DNA from: an uncultured Flavobacteriaceae bacterium
GTDB taxonomy: Bacteria > Bacteroidota > Bacteroidia > Flavobacteriales > Flavobacteriaceae
Direction of reading: 5' to 3'
Assembly: GCA_942492305.1 (NCBI GenBank)
Contig: CALOEI010000003.1
Coordinates: 123,794 to 187,793, forward strand
DNA: 64,000 nucleotides
Part shown: piece after piece, positions 41,925 through 53,647 of the stretch
Numbering within the stretch: position 1 is the stretch's first letter
Layout of the letters: each line of letters starts with the position of its first letter
Made by a program: the position numbers and the translations under genes
Notes under the pieces: model-generated
What the model saw: only the letters and a program-made list of their open reading frames with translations
Databases searched by the model: none
Told to the model about the DNA's origin: nothing

Positions 41925-42951
41925 ATGCAAATAAATTTAATTAGTGATACAGTAACTAAACCTACAAAAGGAATGTTAAATGCTATGATGGATGCTGAAG
42001 TAGGTGATGATGTTTTTAAATCCGATCCAACAGTTAATAAATTACAAGATAAAATGGCTGAAATGTTTGGTATGGAAGATGCTTTGTTTTTTCCATCTGG
42101 AACAATGGCAAACCAAACGGCTATAAAAATACATACCCATCACGGAGATAAGATGTTTTGTGATAAGTATGCACATGTTTATAATTTTGAAGGTGGTGGA
42201 GCAGCGGCCAATTCTGGTGTAACTTCGCATTTAATAGATGGAAACAGAGGAACTTTTACTGCAAAACAATTAGAAGAAGCTATTTCGGGTGGTAGATCAG
42301 ATATTCAGTACCTTATTCTAGATTAGTTGCTTTAGAAAATACTACAAATAAAGGAGGAGGAGCTTGTTGGAGTTTTGAAGAAATTTTAAAAATTAGAAAA
42401 GTATGTACTGAAAATAATTTAGCATTTCATTTAGATGGAGCACGTTTATTTAATGCTCCTATGGTTGCTAAAAATGAAACTCCAGAACAATATGGAAATG
42501 TATTTGATACTATTTCAATTTGTTTGTCAAAAGGTTTAGGTGCTCCAGTTGGATCTGCTATTATTAGGTACTAAAGAGCATATAGAAAAAGCATTTAGAA
42601 TTCGTAAAATTATTTGGTGGCGCAATGCGACAAGCTGGTTATTTAGCTGCTGCAGGAATTTATGCCTTAGATAATCATGTAGATCGTTTAGCAATTGACC
42701 ATACACGCGCTAAAATTATTGGTGCTGCACTTCAAAATTGTGAATTAGTTAAAAATGTTGAACCAATTGAAACTAATATTGTTATTTTTAATGTTATTGA
42801 TGATATTAATGAATTGATTTTATTAGTAGTTTAAATGATGCAGGAATTTGTTTAATTTCTATGGGGCAAGGAAAATTAAGAATGGTAACACATTTAGATT
42901 TTACAGAAGAAATGTTAGAAATCTGTGGTGCATACTATTGAACATATTTAA
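41925..42951 (+). CDS. ltaE: Low-specificity L-threonine aldolase; several frameshifts, probably errors
   Basis: SDTVTKP, VGDDV, PSGTMAN, LENTTN, HLDGAR, CLSKGLGAP and MRQAG spread across frames; TATATTTG box at 41898-41905. Confidence 0.85.
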
Positions 42952-42962
42952 TAAAATTCAAA

Positions 42963-44330
42963 ATGAAAATTTTTAAATAAATTTTTTTTAAGCAGTTTGT
43001 TTTTGTTATTTTCAGTGTTGCGGTATTTGCACAATCTGAAATAGATAAAATTTTAACAGAAATTTCAACAGCTCCTTCTGCAGAAAATATGAAAAGGATA
43101 TTCAAAATTGGTGGATTTTGGTACGCGGCATACATTGTCAGACACAATTTCAAAAACAAAAGGAATTGGTGCTGCTAGAAGATGGGTGAAATCTGCTTTT
43201 GAAGAAGTTTCTAAAAGTGTAATAACTGTTTAGAGAGTTAGTTATTTAGGTGATTTAGTAGTAGCTGATGGAAGAAGAATTATAACAGATACCAAAGTTG
43301 TAAATGTGGTAGCAATTCAAAGAGGAACAAAATATCCAAATAATTATGTAATTATGTCTGGAGATATTGATTCTCGTGTTTCTGATGCTAATAATTTACT
43401 CATGATGCTACCAGGAGCGAATGACAATGCCTCTGGTTTAGCAGGAACTTTTGAAGCAGCAAGAATTTTAAAGTAAGTATAAATTTCCCAGTTTTCCTAA
43501 TAATTTATGTGGGTTTTTCAGGTGAAGAGCAAGGTTTGTATGGTGGAAAATTATTAAAGCAAAATATGCCAAAAAAAATGGTTGGGATATTTTAGCAGTT
43601 TTAAATAATGATATGATTGGTAATATTGAAGGAATTGATGCAGTGTCATTGATAATAGTACTTTTCGAGTTTTTTCAGAAGCAATTTCTATGGAAACAAC
43701 CGATAGAGAAAAAGCAGGAATGCGTTTTTATGGTGGTGAAGTAGGATGGACCTTCTAGACAATTAGCTCGTAGAGTATTGATAAAAGTCACCGATGATTA
43801 TATGACCAATTTAGATGCAATTATGATTTATAGATTGGATAGATTTGGTAGAGGAGGACATCATAGACCTTTTAATGATGCAGGATTTTACTGGTGTTAG
43901 AATTATGGAAACTCACGAAAATTACAATCGTCAACACCAAGATTTAAGAACAGAAAATGGTATTGCTTATGGTGATGTTATAGAAGGTGTTAAATTTTGA
44001 TTATGCTGCAAAATTAACTGCTGTAAATTGTTTAACTTTTTAGCTTCATTTAGCTGCACCATAGAGTAATACCAGAAAATGTAATGATTGCTGGAGCTGT
44101 GCAACCTTCAACACGTTTAAAATGGGATACTTCAGATGATGAAAATATTGTTGGATATAAAATTTATTGGCGAGATACAACCGCACCACAATGGCAATAC
44201 AGTCGTTTGATTTGGAAATGTTTCTGATTATACGTTAAAAAATATTGTGATTGATAATTATTTCTTTGGTGTGCAAGTGTTGGAAAAATGGTGCAGATAC
44301 ACGTCCAACAAGTAAGGAGAATATTATAAA
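42963..44330 (+). CDS. M28 family metallopeptidase; heavily frameshifted, end approximate
   Basis: Fragments GIGAARRW, MSGDIDSRVS, PGANDNASG, SGEEQGL, LNNDMIGN, DRFGRGGHHRPFND and YKIYWRDTTAPQWQ. Confidence 0.75.
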
Positions 44331-44516
44331 AAAATTAATTCGGATTCTAGGTTATGTGTACACCTTTTTTTGAATTTTATCCGAACTTACCTTTTAAAAT
44401 TGATTAAAATATGAAATTAAAACTAATTATAAATTATAACTGCTTAATTATGGTGATTTAATAGCTATTGAATGCTCAAATAGTTATCAAAATTAAATTC
44501 AAAAATTAAAATACAT

Positions 44517-44825
44517 ATGGAAACTTCAATATTATACAATAGTAATTTTTGGTGCAAAAAAATAGAAATTATTATTTTCAGCATTTAATTGGATGGAATT
44601 GGGATGTTATCTTTTGTTATTCCAGTTGTTGGCGAGTTTGCTGATGTAGTTTGGGCACCAGCATCTGCGTTTTTAATTTACAAAATGTATAAAGGAGCTG
44701 AAGGTAAGGTAGGAAGTATAGTTTCTTTTGTAGAAGAAGCAGGTTTTTTTGGAACAGATTTTATACCAACTTTTACGTTAACATGGATTTATAAATACTT
44801 AATTAAGAAGGAAAAAAAAGATTAG
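44517..44825 (+). CDS. Small conserved hypothetical membrane protein (5' part frameshifted)
   Basis: DGIGMLSFVIPVVGEFADVVWAP...EE...TDFIPTFTLTWIY. Confidence 0.65.
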
Positions 44826-44829
44826 TAGA

Positions 44830-45153
44830 GTAATTTTTTTACTCTTTAAAAAAACTTTTAAACCCCATTCTTTTCAACATTTTTTTTGTGAACAAATTCC
44901 AAAAGAATTTAAACTCCAATAGTTACAGAAAACACCGACTAATGGTAATGTAATTTGATAAATTATAAATATAAGTAGAATTCGAACAGGCCAAAATATC
45001 CAACCATTTGTTGTTGCTTTTTCTAATCCAATAAATTCTGTAAGTGGTTTAGCTATATAAGCAGCAAAAGATCCATTAATAGAGAAAACAATTAGTATTA
45101 ATACTATTTGAAAGTTTGATTTTAATCCCCAACGTTTTTTAAATTTCTGACGA
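44830..45153 (-). CDS. DUF6787-like small membrane protein (frameshifted, bounds approximate)
   Basis: KFKKRWGLKSNFQIVLILIVFSINGSFAAYIAKPL at the 5' end and a ...FWNL..KKMLKRMG-like 3' end. Confidence 0.55.
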
Positions 45154-45278
45154 TATATAAAAAATTATTGTTGCAAAAATACATTTGATGGAATTTGACA
45201 TGCTATATAATTTATAATAAAAAAAGGACAATTTTCGTATGTTATTTGGGCACCTTTTTTAGATTCTTTATTGTATAA

Positions 45279-45942
45279 TTATGTCCTCCAAAGAATGCCA
45301 CCTAAATTCCACCAAGTCCGGTTTAGTGCTTTTTAGTTCGAAGAAGCTGGCATTTTTGCAACATTATCAATTAACACTTCCGTCTCCATCTGCATCTTAT
45401 AACTGATTAACTAAATTTTGTTGATTACTAGAGGCTTCATCTAATTCTACCTAATAAAATCTCCAATCCCATTCTCGTCAGCAACAGTTTTTTTAGACGA
45501 ATTTCTTTTCCTAAATTGACCCATAACAAGAGTCCTGCAACTGGTAAAGTAAATTCATAGCAGTACCAATATCTATTCCAATATTTTTCGAACTGCCTGC
45601 GCTAACCATTTTGTTGTTTACCTTTAAATACATGCCCAATAATATTCCAGCTCCATCAGGTTTCGCTACATCTTCATCAACGAACCGTTACCACCTAAAA
45701 TACTTTATAATTAATAATATTACTTGAAAGTTTGATGTTAATCCCCAGCGCTGTTTTAGTTTTTCCATGATGCTCAAAACTTCTGGTGTAGAAATACATT
45801 TATATTTTCAACTGAATATTAACGGTAATGCCGTATTTAAAGCACTTGTAGTTTTTCCTTCATCTTGTCCAAATTGTTTACTAGTTCCGCTAATAAGCGT
45901 TTTTCCAAGGTCACTGTTTAATAAATCTAAAATTCCTGCCAT
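45279..45942 (-). CDS. DUF937 family protein (scrambled and frameshifted)
   Basis: MAGILDLLNSDLGKTLISGTSKQFGQ..., then DGAGILGH-like and DADGDGS-like fragments and a Gly-rich end. Confidence 0.6.
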
Positions 45943-46099
45943 GTTATTTTTATATATTGTTAATAATTTGTTCTACATAATATCATCAATAATACTTCCA
46001 TCTCCATCAGCATTTAATAATTGGGTTACTAAACTTTGCTCTCGTTGTGGTTTTCATAGCAAACCATTGTAATAAATTTTAAATTAAAATCGATATAAA

Positions 46100-46591
46100 A
46101 TGAAAAAATTATTTTTAGTTCTAACATTGTTTTTAGTTGGAGGATTATTTTATGGAAATGCACAACAAATTTCAGAACATGCGCTTGGTATTAGATTTGG
46201 AGATAATGATGGTTTTGGAGGTGAAATTTCTTACCAAAAAAGATTATCTATACAAAACAGGTTAGAGGTAGATTTAGGATATAGAAATCATAAAAATTAT
46301 GATGCATTTAAACTGTCTGGAATTTACCAATGGGTTTGGAATATTGATCAAGGGTTTAATTGGTATGCAGGTTTTGGTGCTGGAATTGGTTCTTGGAGCT
46401 ACAGTAATGGTATTAATAATGATAGTGATGATGGTCTATTTATAAATGCCGATGGAAATGTAGGTATAGAGTACAATTTTGATGCTCCTTTTGTAATTTC
46501 GTTAGATTTTAGGCCCGAACTTGGAATTGTAGGAGATTATGGTAAGGATACAGATTTAGATTTAGCATTATCTATAAGGTATCAATTTTAA
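46100..46591 (+). CDS. Small outer-membrane beta-barrel protein
   Basis: Signal peptide, ALGIRFG, NRLEVDLG, WYAGFG, ISLDFRP and terminal RYQF. Confidence 0.8.
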   Translation: MKKLFLVLTLFLVGGLFYGNAQQISEHALGIRFGDNDGFGGEISYQKRLSIQNRLEVDLGYRNHKNYDAFKLSGIYQWVWNIDQGFNWYAGFGAGIGSWSYSNGINNDSDDGLFINADGNVGIEYNFDAPFVISLDFRPELGIVGDYGKDTDLDLALSIRYQF

Positions 46592-46607
46592 ATATATTAT
46601 GAAATAC

Positions 46608-46635
46608 AAAAAAAGCACTATTAGTGCTTTTTTTT
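46608..46635 (+). terminator. Intrinsic terminator
   Basis: AAAAAAAGCACTA-T-TAGTGCTTTTTTTT. Confidence 0.75.
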
Positions 46636-46699
46636 ATGCTTAAATCTTATGTATGTTTTCAAGTATTTTTTATCTTTCCAAGAATTTTAAAACTTTTTA

Positions 46700-48017
46700 A
46701 TGAGAAAAATAGCATTACACTGGCAAATTATTTTAGGAATGGTAATTGGAGTAGGAGTTGGAATTTTAATGACTCAATTCGATGGCGGTAAAGAAATTGT
46801 TCAGGATTGGATTAAGCCCTTTGGAAAAATATTTATAAATTCATTAAAATTAATTGCAGTACCCTTAATTTTAGCTTCATTAATTAAAGGAGTATCCGAT
46901 TTAAAAGATATTTCTAAATTATCTAAAATGGGTGGAAAAACTATAGGATTGTATTTAATTACAACTGTAGTTGCTGTTTCAATCGGTTTATTATTAGTAA
47001 ATGTTGTAAAACCTGGAAATTCAATTTCTGAAGAAACAAGATTAGAATTAGTTGAAAATTATGCAACTGATACCGTAAAATATAAAGAGGAAGCAAATAA
47101 GCAAAAAGATAGCGGTCCATTGCAAGCACTTGTAGACATTGTACCAGACAATATTTTCGGAGCTGCTTCGGAAAATAAAAATATGTTGCAGGTTATATTT
47201 TTCGCAATATTTTTTGGCATTGGTCTAATTTTAATTCCAGAAAAAAAATCGAAACCAGTTAAAAAATTCTTTGATGGTTTTAATGAAGTTATATTAAAAA
47301 TGATTGATTTAATAATGCTTGCTGCACCTTATGGAGTATTTGCATTATTGGCTGCGTTAGTTGTAGAATCACCAAGTATAGATTTGTTTAAAGCTTTAAT
47401 ATGGTATGCTTTTACAGTTGTTTTTGGCCTAATATTGATGATTTCTTTTTATAATTTAATTGTTTGGGTTGGTAACTAAAAAAAATCCTTCAACATTTTT
47501 AAAAGGAATTTCTCCTGCACAATTATTAGCATTTTCAACAAGTAGTAGTGCTGCAACATTACCTGTTACTATGGAAAGAGTTACTGAGCATTTAGGAGTT
47601 GATGAAGAAGTAAGTAGTTTTGTGTTACCAATAGGAGCAACTATAAATATGGATGGTACAAGTTTATACCAAGCTGTGGCTGCAGTATTTATAGCGCAAG
47701 CATTTGGAATGGATTTATCGTTAGGAGCCCAATTAGGTATTATTGTAACTGCTACACTTGCAAGTATTGGATCTGCTGCCGTACCAGGTGCAGGAATGGT
47801 AATGTTAGTAATTGTTTTAGGACAAGCAGGTATTCCAGAGGCTGGTTTGGCTTTAATTTTTGCTATAGACAGGCCTTTAGATATGCTTAGAACTACAGTA
47901 AATGTTACTGGAGATGCTTCCGTTTCTATGTTAGTTGCTAAATCAATTGGTAAATTACATGAACCTAAAGTAAAAGATTGGGATGATGATTATCCAAAAA
48001 ATAAATCTAAAAAGTAA
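46700..48017 (+). CDS. Dicarboxylate/amino acid:cation symporter (GltP family); frameshift near 47468
   Basis: NMLQVIFF, AFSTSSSAATLP, GATINMDGT and DMLRTTVNV. Confidence 0.9.
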
Positions 48018-48157
48018 AAATGTCTATACTAGAAGCTGATTCAGGTTTTTACTCAATAAATACTAAAATTTTTGAATATCAATGAGTTTCTGAAATCGAA
48101 GATTTACAAGAATATTTTTAGTAAAAAAAGGAATTATGTAAATAAAATCAGACACCT

Positions 48158-48568
48158 TTAATCTAGAAATCTACTTTTTATTTCTTTATTTGGAATCATA
48201 CAACTATCTTTTTTTCCATACCATTTATATCTATTTTTGGCGATATAGTTATACACCCAATCTCTTATAAATGGTGGTATTATTATAAATGCATATAATA
48301 ATTTATAACTACCATCTAAGTTTCTTGAAATGCGCAATGCTGCAGTTGATTTTGCAAATAAAGTGTCATTTTCAATAAGAATTATTGAGTCATAATTGAT
48401 ATTTTTTGAATTGTATTGTAACAATAGTTCCTTTGTAGCGTCTGATTGAAGTGAGGCAAATTTAAAATGTGCTTTTTTATCGTGTTTAATAATGAAATTG
48501 ACCGATGCATTGCATAAATTACAAACACCATCAAAAAGGATTAAAGATTTGTTTTTGTTATTGATCAT
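48158..48568 (-). CDS. DCC1-like thiol-disulfide oxidoreductase (DUF393)
   Basis: FDGVCNLC, FASLQS and IAKNRYKWYG. Confidence 0.9.
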   Translation of the reverse strand: MINNKNKSLILFDGVCNLCNASVNFIIKHDKKAHFKFASLQSDATKELLLQYNSKNINYDSIILIENDTLFAKSTAALRISRNLDGSYKLLYAFIIIPPFIRDWVYNYIAKNRYKWYGKKDSCMIPNKEIKSRFLD

Positions 48569-48666
48569 TAGGCAAAGTTACATATTTATAGAAAATATTT
48601 CTTTTAACATTTAATTAATACCTAGTTTCAATAGCAATTTATAATTTCGTTAAAAACAACAACCAA

Positions 48667-49359
48667 ATGATAAAGATTGAAAAACTACATAAGTCATATC
48701 CAATAGGAAAAGATTCGCTTCATGTTTTAAAAGGTCTAGATTTACATATAAAAGAAGGAGAATTTGTAGCTATTATGGGTTCTTCTGGTTCTGGAAAATC
48801 AACCTTACTTAATATAGTTGGATTATTAGATACACATGATGAAGGTAACTATATATTAAATGGGCAAAAAATTGAAAACTTAGATGAAAAGAAAGCTGCT
48901 ATTTTAAGAAATAAATTTTTAGGTTTTGTCTTTCAATCTTTTAATTTAATAACTTATAAAACAGCTGTTGAAAACGTTTCACTCCCTTTATACTATCAAG
49001 GTATGGGAAGAAAAGAACGTCAGGAAATTGCTTTAAAATATTTAGACAAAGTAGGGTTAAAAGATAGAGCTGACCATTTACCAAGTGAACTTTCTGGTGG
49101 TGAAAAGCAGCGTGTTGCAGTTGCTAGAGCGTTAGCTACTAACCCAAAAGTTGTTTTGGCAGATGAGCCAACAGGAGCATTAGATTCTAAAACATCAGCT
49201 TCTGTAATGCAATTACTAAAAGATATTAACAGAGAAGGTATGACTGTTTTTGTAATTACACACGAAGAAGACATTGCCGAGCAAACAGATAGAATTGTAC
49301 GTTTAAAAGATGGTATAATTATTAGTGACGAGAAAGTTAACAAAAAAGTAAACGCTTAA
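48667..49359 (+). CDS. ABC transporter ATP-binding protein (MacB/LolD type)
   Basis: GSSGSGKST, LSGGEKQRVA and LADEPTGALD. Confidence 0.93.
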   Translation: MIKIEKLHKSYPIGKDSLHVLKGLDLHIKEGEFVAIMGSSGSGKSTLLNIVGLLDTHDEGNYILNGQKIENLDEKKAAILRNKFLGFVFQSFNLITYKTAVENVSLPLYYQGMGRKERQEIALKYLDKVGLKDRADHLPSELSGGEKQRVAVARALATNPKVVLADEPTGALDSKTSASVMQLLKDINREGMTVFVITHEEDIAEQTDRIVRLKDGIIISDEKVNKKVNA

Positions 49360-49361
49360 TT

Positions 49362-50593
49362 ATGTTTGATTTAGATAGTTGGAGAGAAATTTTCCAGTCA
49401 TTAAATAAAAATAAACTTAGAACAGCATTATCTGGTTTTACCATAGCGTTTGCAATTTTATTGTTCACCTTATTATTTGGTATTGGAAATGGATTAAAAC
49501 ACACTTTTGAAAACAATTTGCGGGAGATTCACAAAATTCTATTTATGTAAATTCAGGTTTAACCACAAAACCTTATAAAGGACTACAGAGTGGTAGAAGA
49601 ATTCAGTTTAGGAATGATGATTCTAAATTTATAAATGAAGAGTTTTCGGATAAAATCCAATTTTTTAGTCCGAATATTCAGCGTAATATGCAAGTAATTT
49701 ATAAGGGTGAACAAAATAGATACAATGTTAGAGGTGTTTATCCAGATTATCAACCGTTAGAATCAGCTGAGATTATAGATGGTAGGTTTTTAACATATTT
49801 AGATGTTGATAGAAGATCAAAAGTTGTTGTAATTGGTAGGTTGGTTGAAAAAGATTTGTTTGGACAACTAAGTGCTATGGGAAAAGATATTAATATGGAA
49901 GGTATTTCATATAAGGTAGTAGGTGTTTTTAAAGATCCAGGAGGAGATAATGACGAGCGTTATATTTACGCACCTTTTTCAACTTTTCAAGGAATGTATA
50001 AGCCAAATGATGAATTGGATTATATTGGAATGACATTTAGTCCAGATTTAAATGTAGATCAAGCTTTAGCATTTAGTAACTTATTAACTAAAATGCTAAA
50101 AGAAAAGCATAATGTTGACCCAAGAGATCAAGGTGCTATTAGAGTTAGAAATTATGCAGAAGGAACAAAAAATGTACAACAATTTATGATGGTTTTAAAT
50201 GTAATAATATTATTTATAGGTATTGGAACCTTGGTTGCTGGTGTTATAGGTATTAGTAATATTATGGTTTATATAGTAAAAGAAAGAACTAAAGAGTTAG
50301 GAATTAGAAAGGCACTAGGAGCAACACCGCGTTCAATTGTTGGAATGATTATGATGGAATCAATTTTTGTAACAGCCATTGCAGGATATTCTGGATTAAT
50401 GTTTGGGGTTTTTGCTTTAAAGGCAATAGGAGATACTTTAGAAGAAAAGTATTTTATTCTAAATCCAAGTGTAGAAACTTATGTAGTAGTTGGTGCGACA
50501 ATTGTACTAGTTATTGCAGGAACCATTGCTGGTTACATTCCAGCTAAAAGAGCAGCTAGTATAAAACCAATTGTAGCATTAAACGACGAATAA
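49362..50593 (+). CDS. MacB/FtsX-type ABC permease; frameshift near 49520
   Basis: NKLRTALS at the N-terminus, VKERTKELGIRKALGA and IKPIVAL. Confidence 0.88.
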
Positions 50594-50595
50594 TT

Positions 50596-51843
50596 ATGTT
50601 TAAATTTTTAATAGATAAAGACACTTGGCAAGAAATTTATAGTAGTATTCGTAAAAATAAAATGCGAACTGGTATTACCATTATTGGTGTATTGTGGGGT
50701 ATTTTTCTATTAGTTGTTTTATTAGGGGCAGCTAAAGGTGTAGAGAATAATTTTAATAAAATTTTTGGAAGTTTTGCAACAAATAGTGTTTTTGTATGGG
50801 CACAATCTACAAGTAAACCTTTTAAAGGTTTCCAAGAAGGTAAAAGACTTACCTTAAAAATGTCTGATTTAGAAAATATTAAGAATGAAATTGAAGGTCT
50901 TGAATTTGTAGTGCCTCGGCATCAAACGCAAGCTTTGGCTGTGAATAATTTTAAGTCTGGTAATTTTGGAATATTTGGAGATTATCCAGAACTAGATAAT
51001 GTTCAAAAGAAAGATTTAGTTTATGGTAGATTTATAAATGATAATGATATTAAAGATAACAGAAAAGTCTGTGTAATAGAAGAAGAAATCTATAAACAGC
51101 TGTTCGATAAAGATGTTTATCCAATTGGAACTTATATAAAAATCAATAATATAAATTATAATGTGGTTGGAATGTATAAAGAAGGTCAAATAGGAGGTGG
51201 TGGACCTCAAGGAAATATACATATTCCTTTTACAACATTTCAGCAAGTATATAATAGAGGAGATAGTATTGGTTGGATGATGGTTACAGGAAAATCAGGA
51301 TATGACATCACTCAAATTGAAGCAGATGTAAAATTATTGTTAAAAAACTTACATAAAGTACATCCTGAAGATGAAAGAGCTTTTGGAAGTTTTAATCTAG
51401 GTCAAATGATTAAACAAGTGACAAGATTTTTAACTGGAATGCAATTTTTAACTTGGTTTGTAGGAATTGCCACATTAATAGCAGGTGTTTTTGCTATTGG
51501 TAATATTTTACTAATTACAGTTAAAGAAAGGACTAAAGAAATTGGGATTAGGCGTGCATTAGGAGCAAAACCGTGGGAAATTAAAAGACAAATAATTTTA
51601 GAATCAGTTTTTTTAACCAGTATTGCAGGTGCTTTGGGAATTATTTTTGGAGGATTAGTGTTAATGTTAATTGATAAAACAATAGGTAGTGGACCAGAAG
51701 CTGCATTAACTAACCCAACTGTAGATATTCCAGTAGTAATTATAGCTGCAATAACATTGGTTGTTTTAGGAACTTTAATTGGAATGATTCCAGCACAAAC
51801 AGCCGTAAGTATAAGACCAATTGAAGCATTAAGAGAAGAGTAA
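50596..51843 (+). CDS. MacB/FtsX-type ABC permease
   Basis: VKERTKEIGIRRALGA and IRPIEALREE. Confidence 0.92.
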   Translation: MFKFLIDKDTWQEIYSSIRKNKMRTGITIIGVLWGIFLLVVLLGAAKGVENNFNKIFGSFATNSVFVWAQSTSKPFKGFQEGKRLTLKMSDLENIKNEIEGLEFVVPRHQTQALAVNNFKSGNFGIFGDYPELDNVQKKDLVYGRFINDNDIKDNRKVCVIEEEIYKQLFDKDVYPIGTYIKINNINYNVVGMYKEGQIGGGGPQGNIHIPFTTFQQVYNRGDSIGWMMVTGKSGYDITQIEADVKLLLKNLHKVHPEDERAFGSFNLGQMIKQVTRFLTGMQFLTWFVGIATLIAGVFAIGNILLITVKERTKEIGIRRALGAKPWEIKRQIILESVFLTSIAGALGIIFGGLVLMLIDKTIGSGPEAALTNPTVDIPVVIIAAITLVVLGTLIGMIPAQTAVSIRPIEALREE

Positions 51844-51922
51844 ACAATTACAAATTAAGAATTATTATTTATTAATTTTTAATTATAAAATAAACTAATA
51901 GAAACAAGAAAATAATCAACTA

Positions 51923-53038
51923 ATGAAAAAAACATTAATTTTTGGAGGAATAGCAGTAGCGCTTATAGCAGTTTTACTTTGGTTTGGGGCAAAAAACAGT
52001 CAATCTCCAATTCAATATGAAACAGAAAAGCCATTTAAAACAAATATTGTTAAAAAAACTGTTGCAACAGGTAAAGTAGTGCCTTTAGAAGAAGCTGAAA
52101 TAAAGCCTAAAGTATCTGGTATTATAGAAGAGATATTTGTAGAAGAAGGAGCAGAAGTAGAAGTTGGAGATTTAATTGCAACTATTAGAGTAGTGCCAAA
52201 TGTACAAAGTTTAAATAGCGCACAAGGAAGTGTAAAAACAGCACAGTTAAATTTTGACAATGCTAAAACAAATTACGATAGGGTAAAAGGTTTGTTTGAA
52301 AAAGGTGTAAAATCACGTACAGAATTTGAAACTGCTGAATTAAGCTATAATAGCGCCCAACAAAATTTAAGAAATGCGCAAGATAACCTTCAAATAATTA
52401 AAAAAGGTTCAACTGCTGGAATGGGTAAAACTGCCAATACGAATGTAAAAGCAGAAATTACAGGAACTATTTTAGAAATACCAGTTCGTAAAGGTAATCA
52501 GGTAATTGAAAGTAACACATTTAATGCAGGTACTACCATTGCTACAATTGCAGATATGACAAAAATGATTTTTGAAGGGCAAGTTGATGAAGCTGAAGTT
52601 GGTAAAATTAAAAACGGAACTGTTTTAGAAGTATCATTAGGAGCTATTGAAAAGAAAAAATATCCTGCAAAATTAAATTTTATTGCACCAAAAGGTACTG
52701 AAGAAAATGGTGCTGTGCAGTTTAAAATTAAAGGAGATGTTACCTTAGATGATGAGTTTTTTGTACGAGCAGGTTATAGTGCAAATGCTGATATCATTCT
52801 AGAAAAAAAGGACAGTGTACTATCAATTAAAGAAGCGTTGTTACAATTTGATAAAAAAACAGAAACTCCTTTTGTAGAAGTTAAAATTGGAGATCAAGAG
52901 TTTGAAAAACGTGATGTAGAACTTGGAATTTCAGATGGAATTAATGTTGAAATTTTATCGGGAGTAACATTAGACGATGAAATTAAAATTTGGAATAAAA
53001 CTTCTAAAAAAGAAGGTGAAGAAAATAATAATAACTAA
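51923..53038 (+). CDS. Efflux periplasmic adaptor subunit (MacA/HlyD type)
   Basis: N-terminal anchor, IKPKVSGII lipoyl half, coiled hairpin and GISDGINVEI. Confidence 0.9.
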   Translation: MKKTLIFGGIAVALIAVLLWFGAKNSQSPIQYETEKPFKTNIVKKTVATGKVVPLEEAEIKPKVSGIIEEIFVEEGAEVEVGDLIATIRVVPNVQSLNSAQGSVKTAQLNFDNAKTNYDRVKGLFEKGVKSRTEFETAELSYNSAQQNLRNAQDNLQIIKKGSTAGMGKTANTNVKAEITGTILEIPVRKGNQVIESNTFNAGTTIATIADMTKMIFEGQVDEAEVGKIKNGTVLEVSLGAIEKKKYPAKLNFIAPKGTEENGAVQFKIKGDVTLDDEFFVRAGYSANADIILEKKDSVLSIKEALLQFDKKTETPFVEVKIGDQEFEKRDVELGISDGINVEILSGVTLDDEIKIWNKTSKKEGEENNNN

Positions 53039-53058
53039 TTAGTTATTTAATTAATTTT

Positions 53059-53093
53059 AAAAGTGTTTTAATTTTTATTAAAACACTTTTTTT
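53059..53093 (+). terminator. Intrinsic terminator after the ABC operon
   Basis: AAAAGTGTTTTAAT...ATTAAAACACTTTTTTT. Confidence 0.75.
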
Positions 53094-53212
53094 ATATCTT
53101 TATAGGAATACTTTTAAACATATAAAATTATTTTTTATCTATGATTTTTATCAGATAAAATTTAAATTAAAAGTCCGAAATTTATTATATAAAATTTAAA
53201 AGCCAATTGAAT

Positions 53213-53594
53213 ATGGAGAGTCAGTTATTATTCTTAAGTGATCTAAACTTCAATCTTAGAAGTATGGAAAAGAGAGTTAAAATTTCAAGAAAGTGAAATG
53301 GATTATTTTGAAGAAAAATTAGAGCATGTTGCGATGCGAAACCTTGGAAAAGATGTAATGATACAGCTAGAAGGTTTTCAAAATAAAATAATTCGTGAAA
53401 GAGAAGTAATGGGTCAGTTAAGGCATCGGCTTAGAATGAAAAAACGTGAAATTGCAAAAGCCAAATATCAAAATACAGAAGAAGTTAAATTTCCAGAAAA
53501 ACAAGTATTGTTAAAAGATGAAATGAAAACATTTGTAAAAATGCATTATGACTTAAAAGAGGATATGATGGATTTTTTCTTGAAATATCTTTAA
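53213..53594 (+). CDS. Conserved hypothetical helical protein; frameshift near 53258
   Basis: MESQLLFLSDLNFNL joins EVWKRELKFQESEMDYFEEKL... after a one-base shift. Confidence 0.65.
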
Positions 53595-53597
53595 GAC

Positions 53598-53633
53598 AAA
53601 AAAAACCTTTCCAGAAATGGAAAGGTTTTTTTT
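53598..53633. terminator. Bidirectional terminator
   Basis: AAAAAAAACCTTTCCA-GAAA-TGGAAAGGTTTTTTTT. Confidence 0.88.
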
Positions 53634-53647
53634 AGCCAAATACTGTT

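Noticed and set aside
48018-48157. Short ORF MSILEADSGFYSINTKIFEYQ after the symporter
   Set aside because: It is only 21 codons with no supporting motif; it could be a gene remnant but this cannot be supported.
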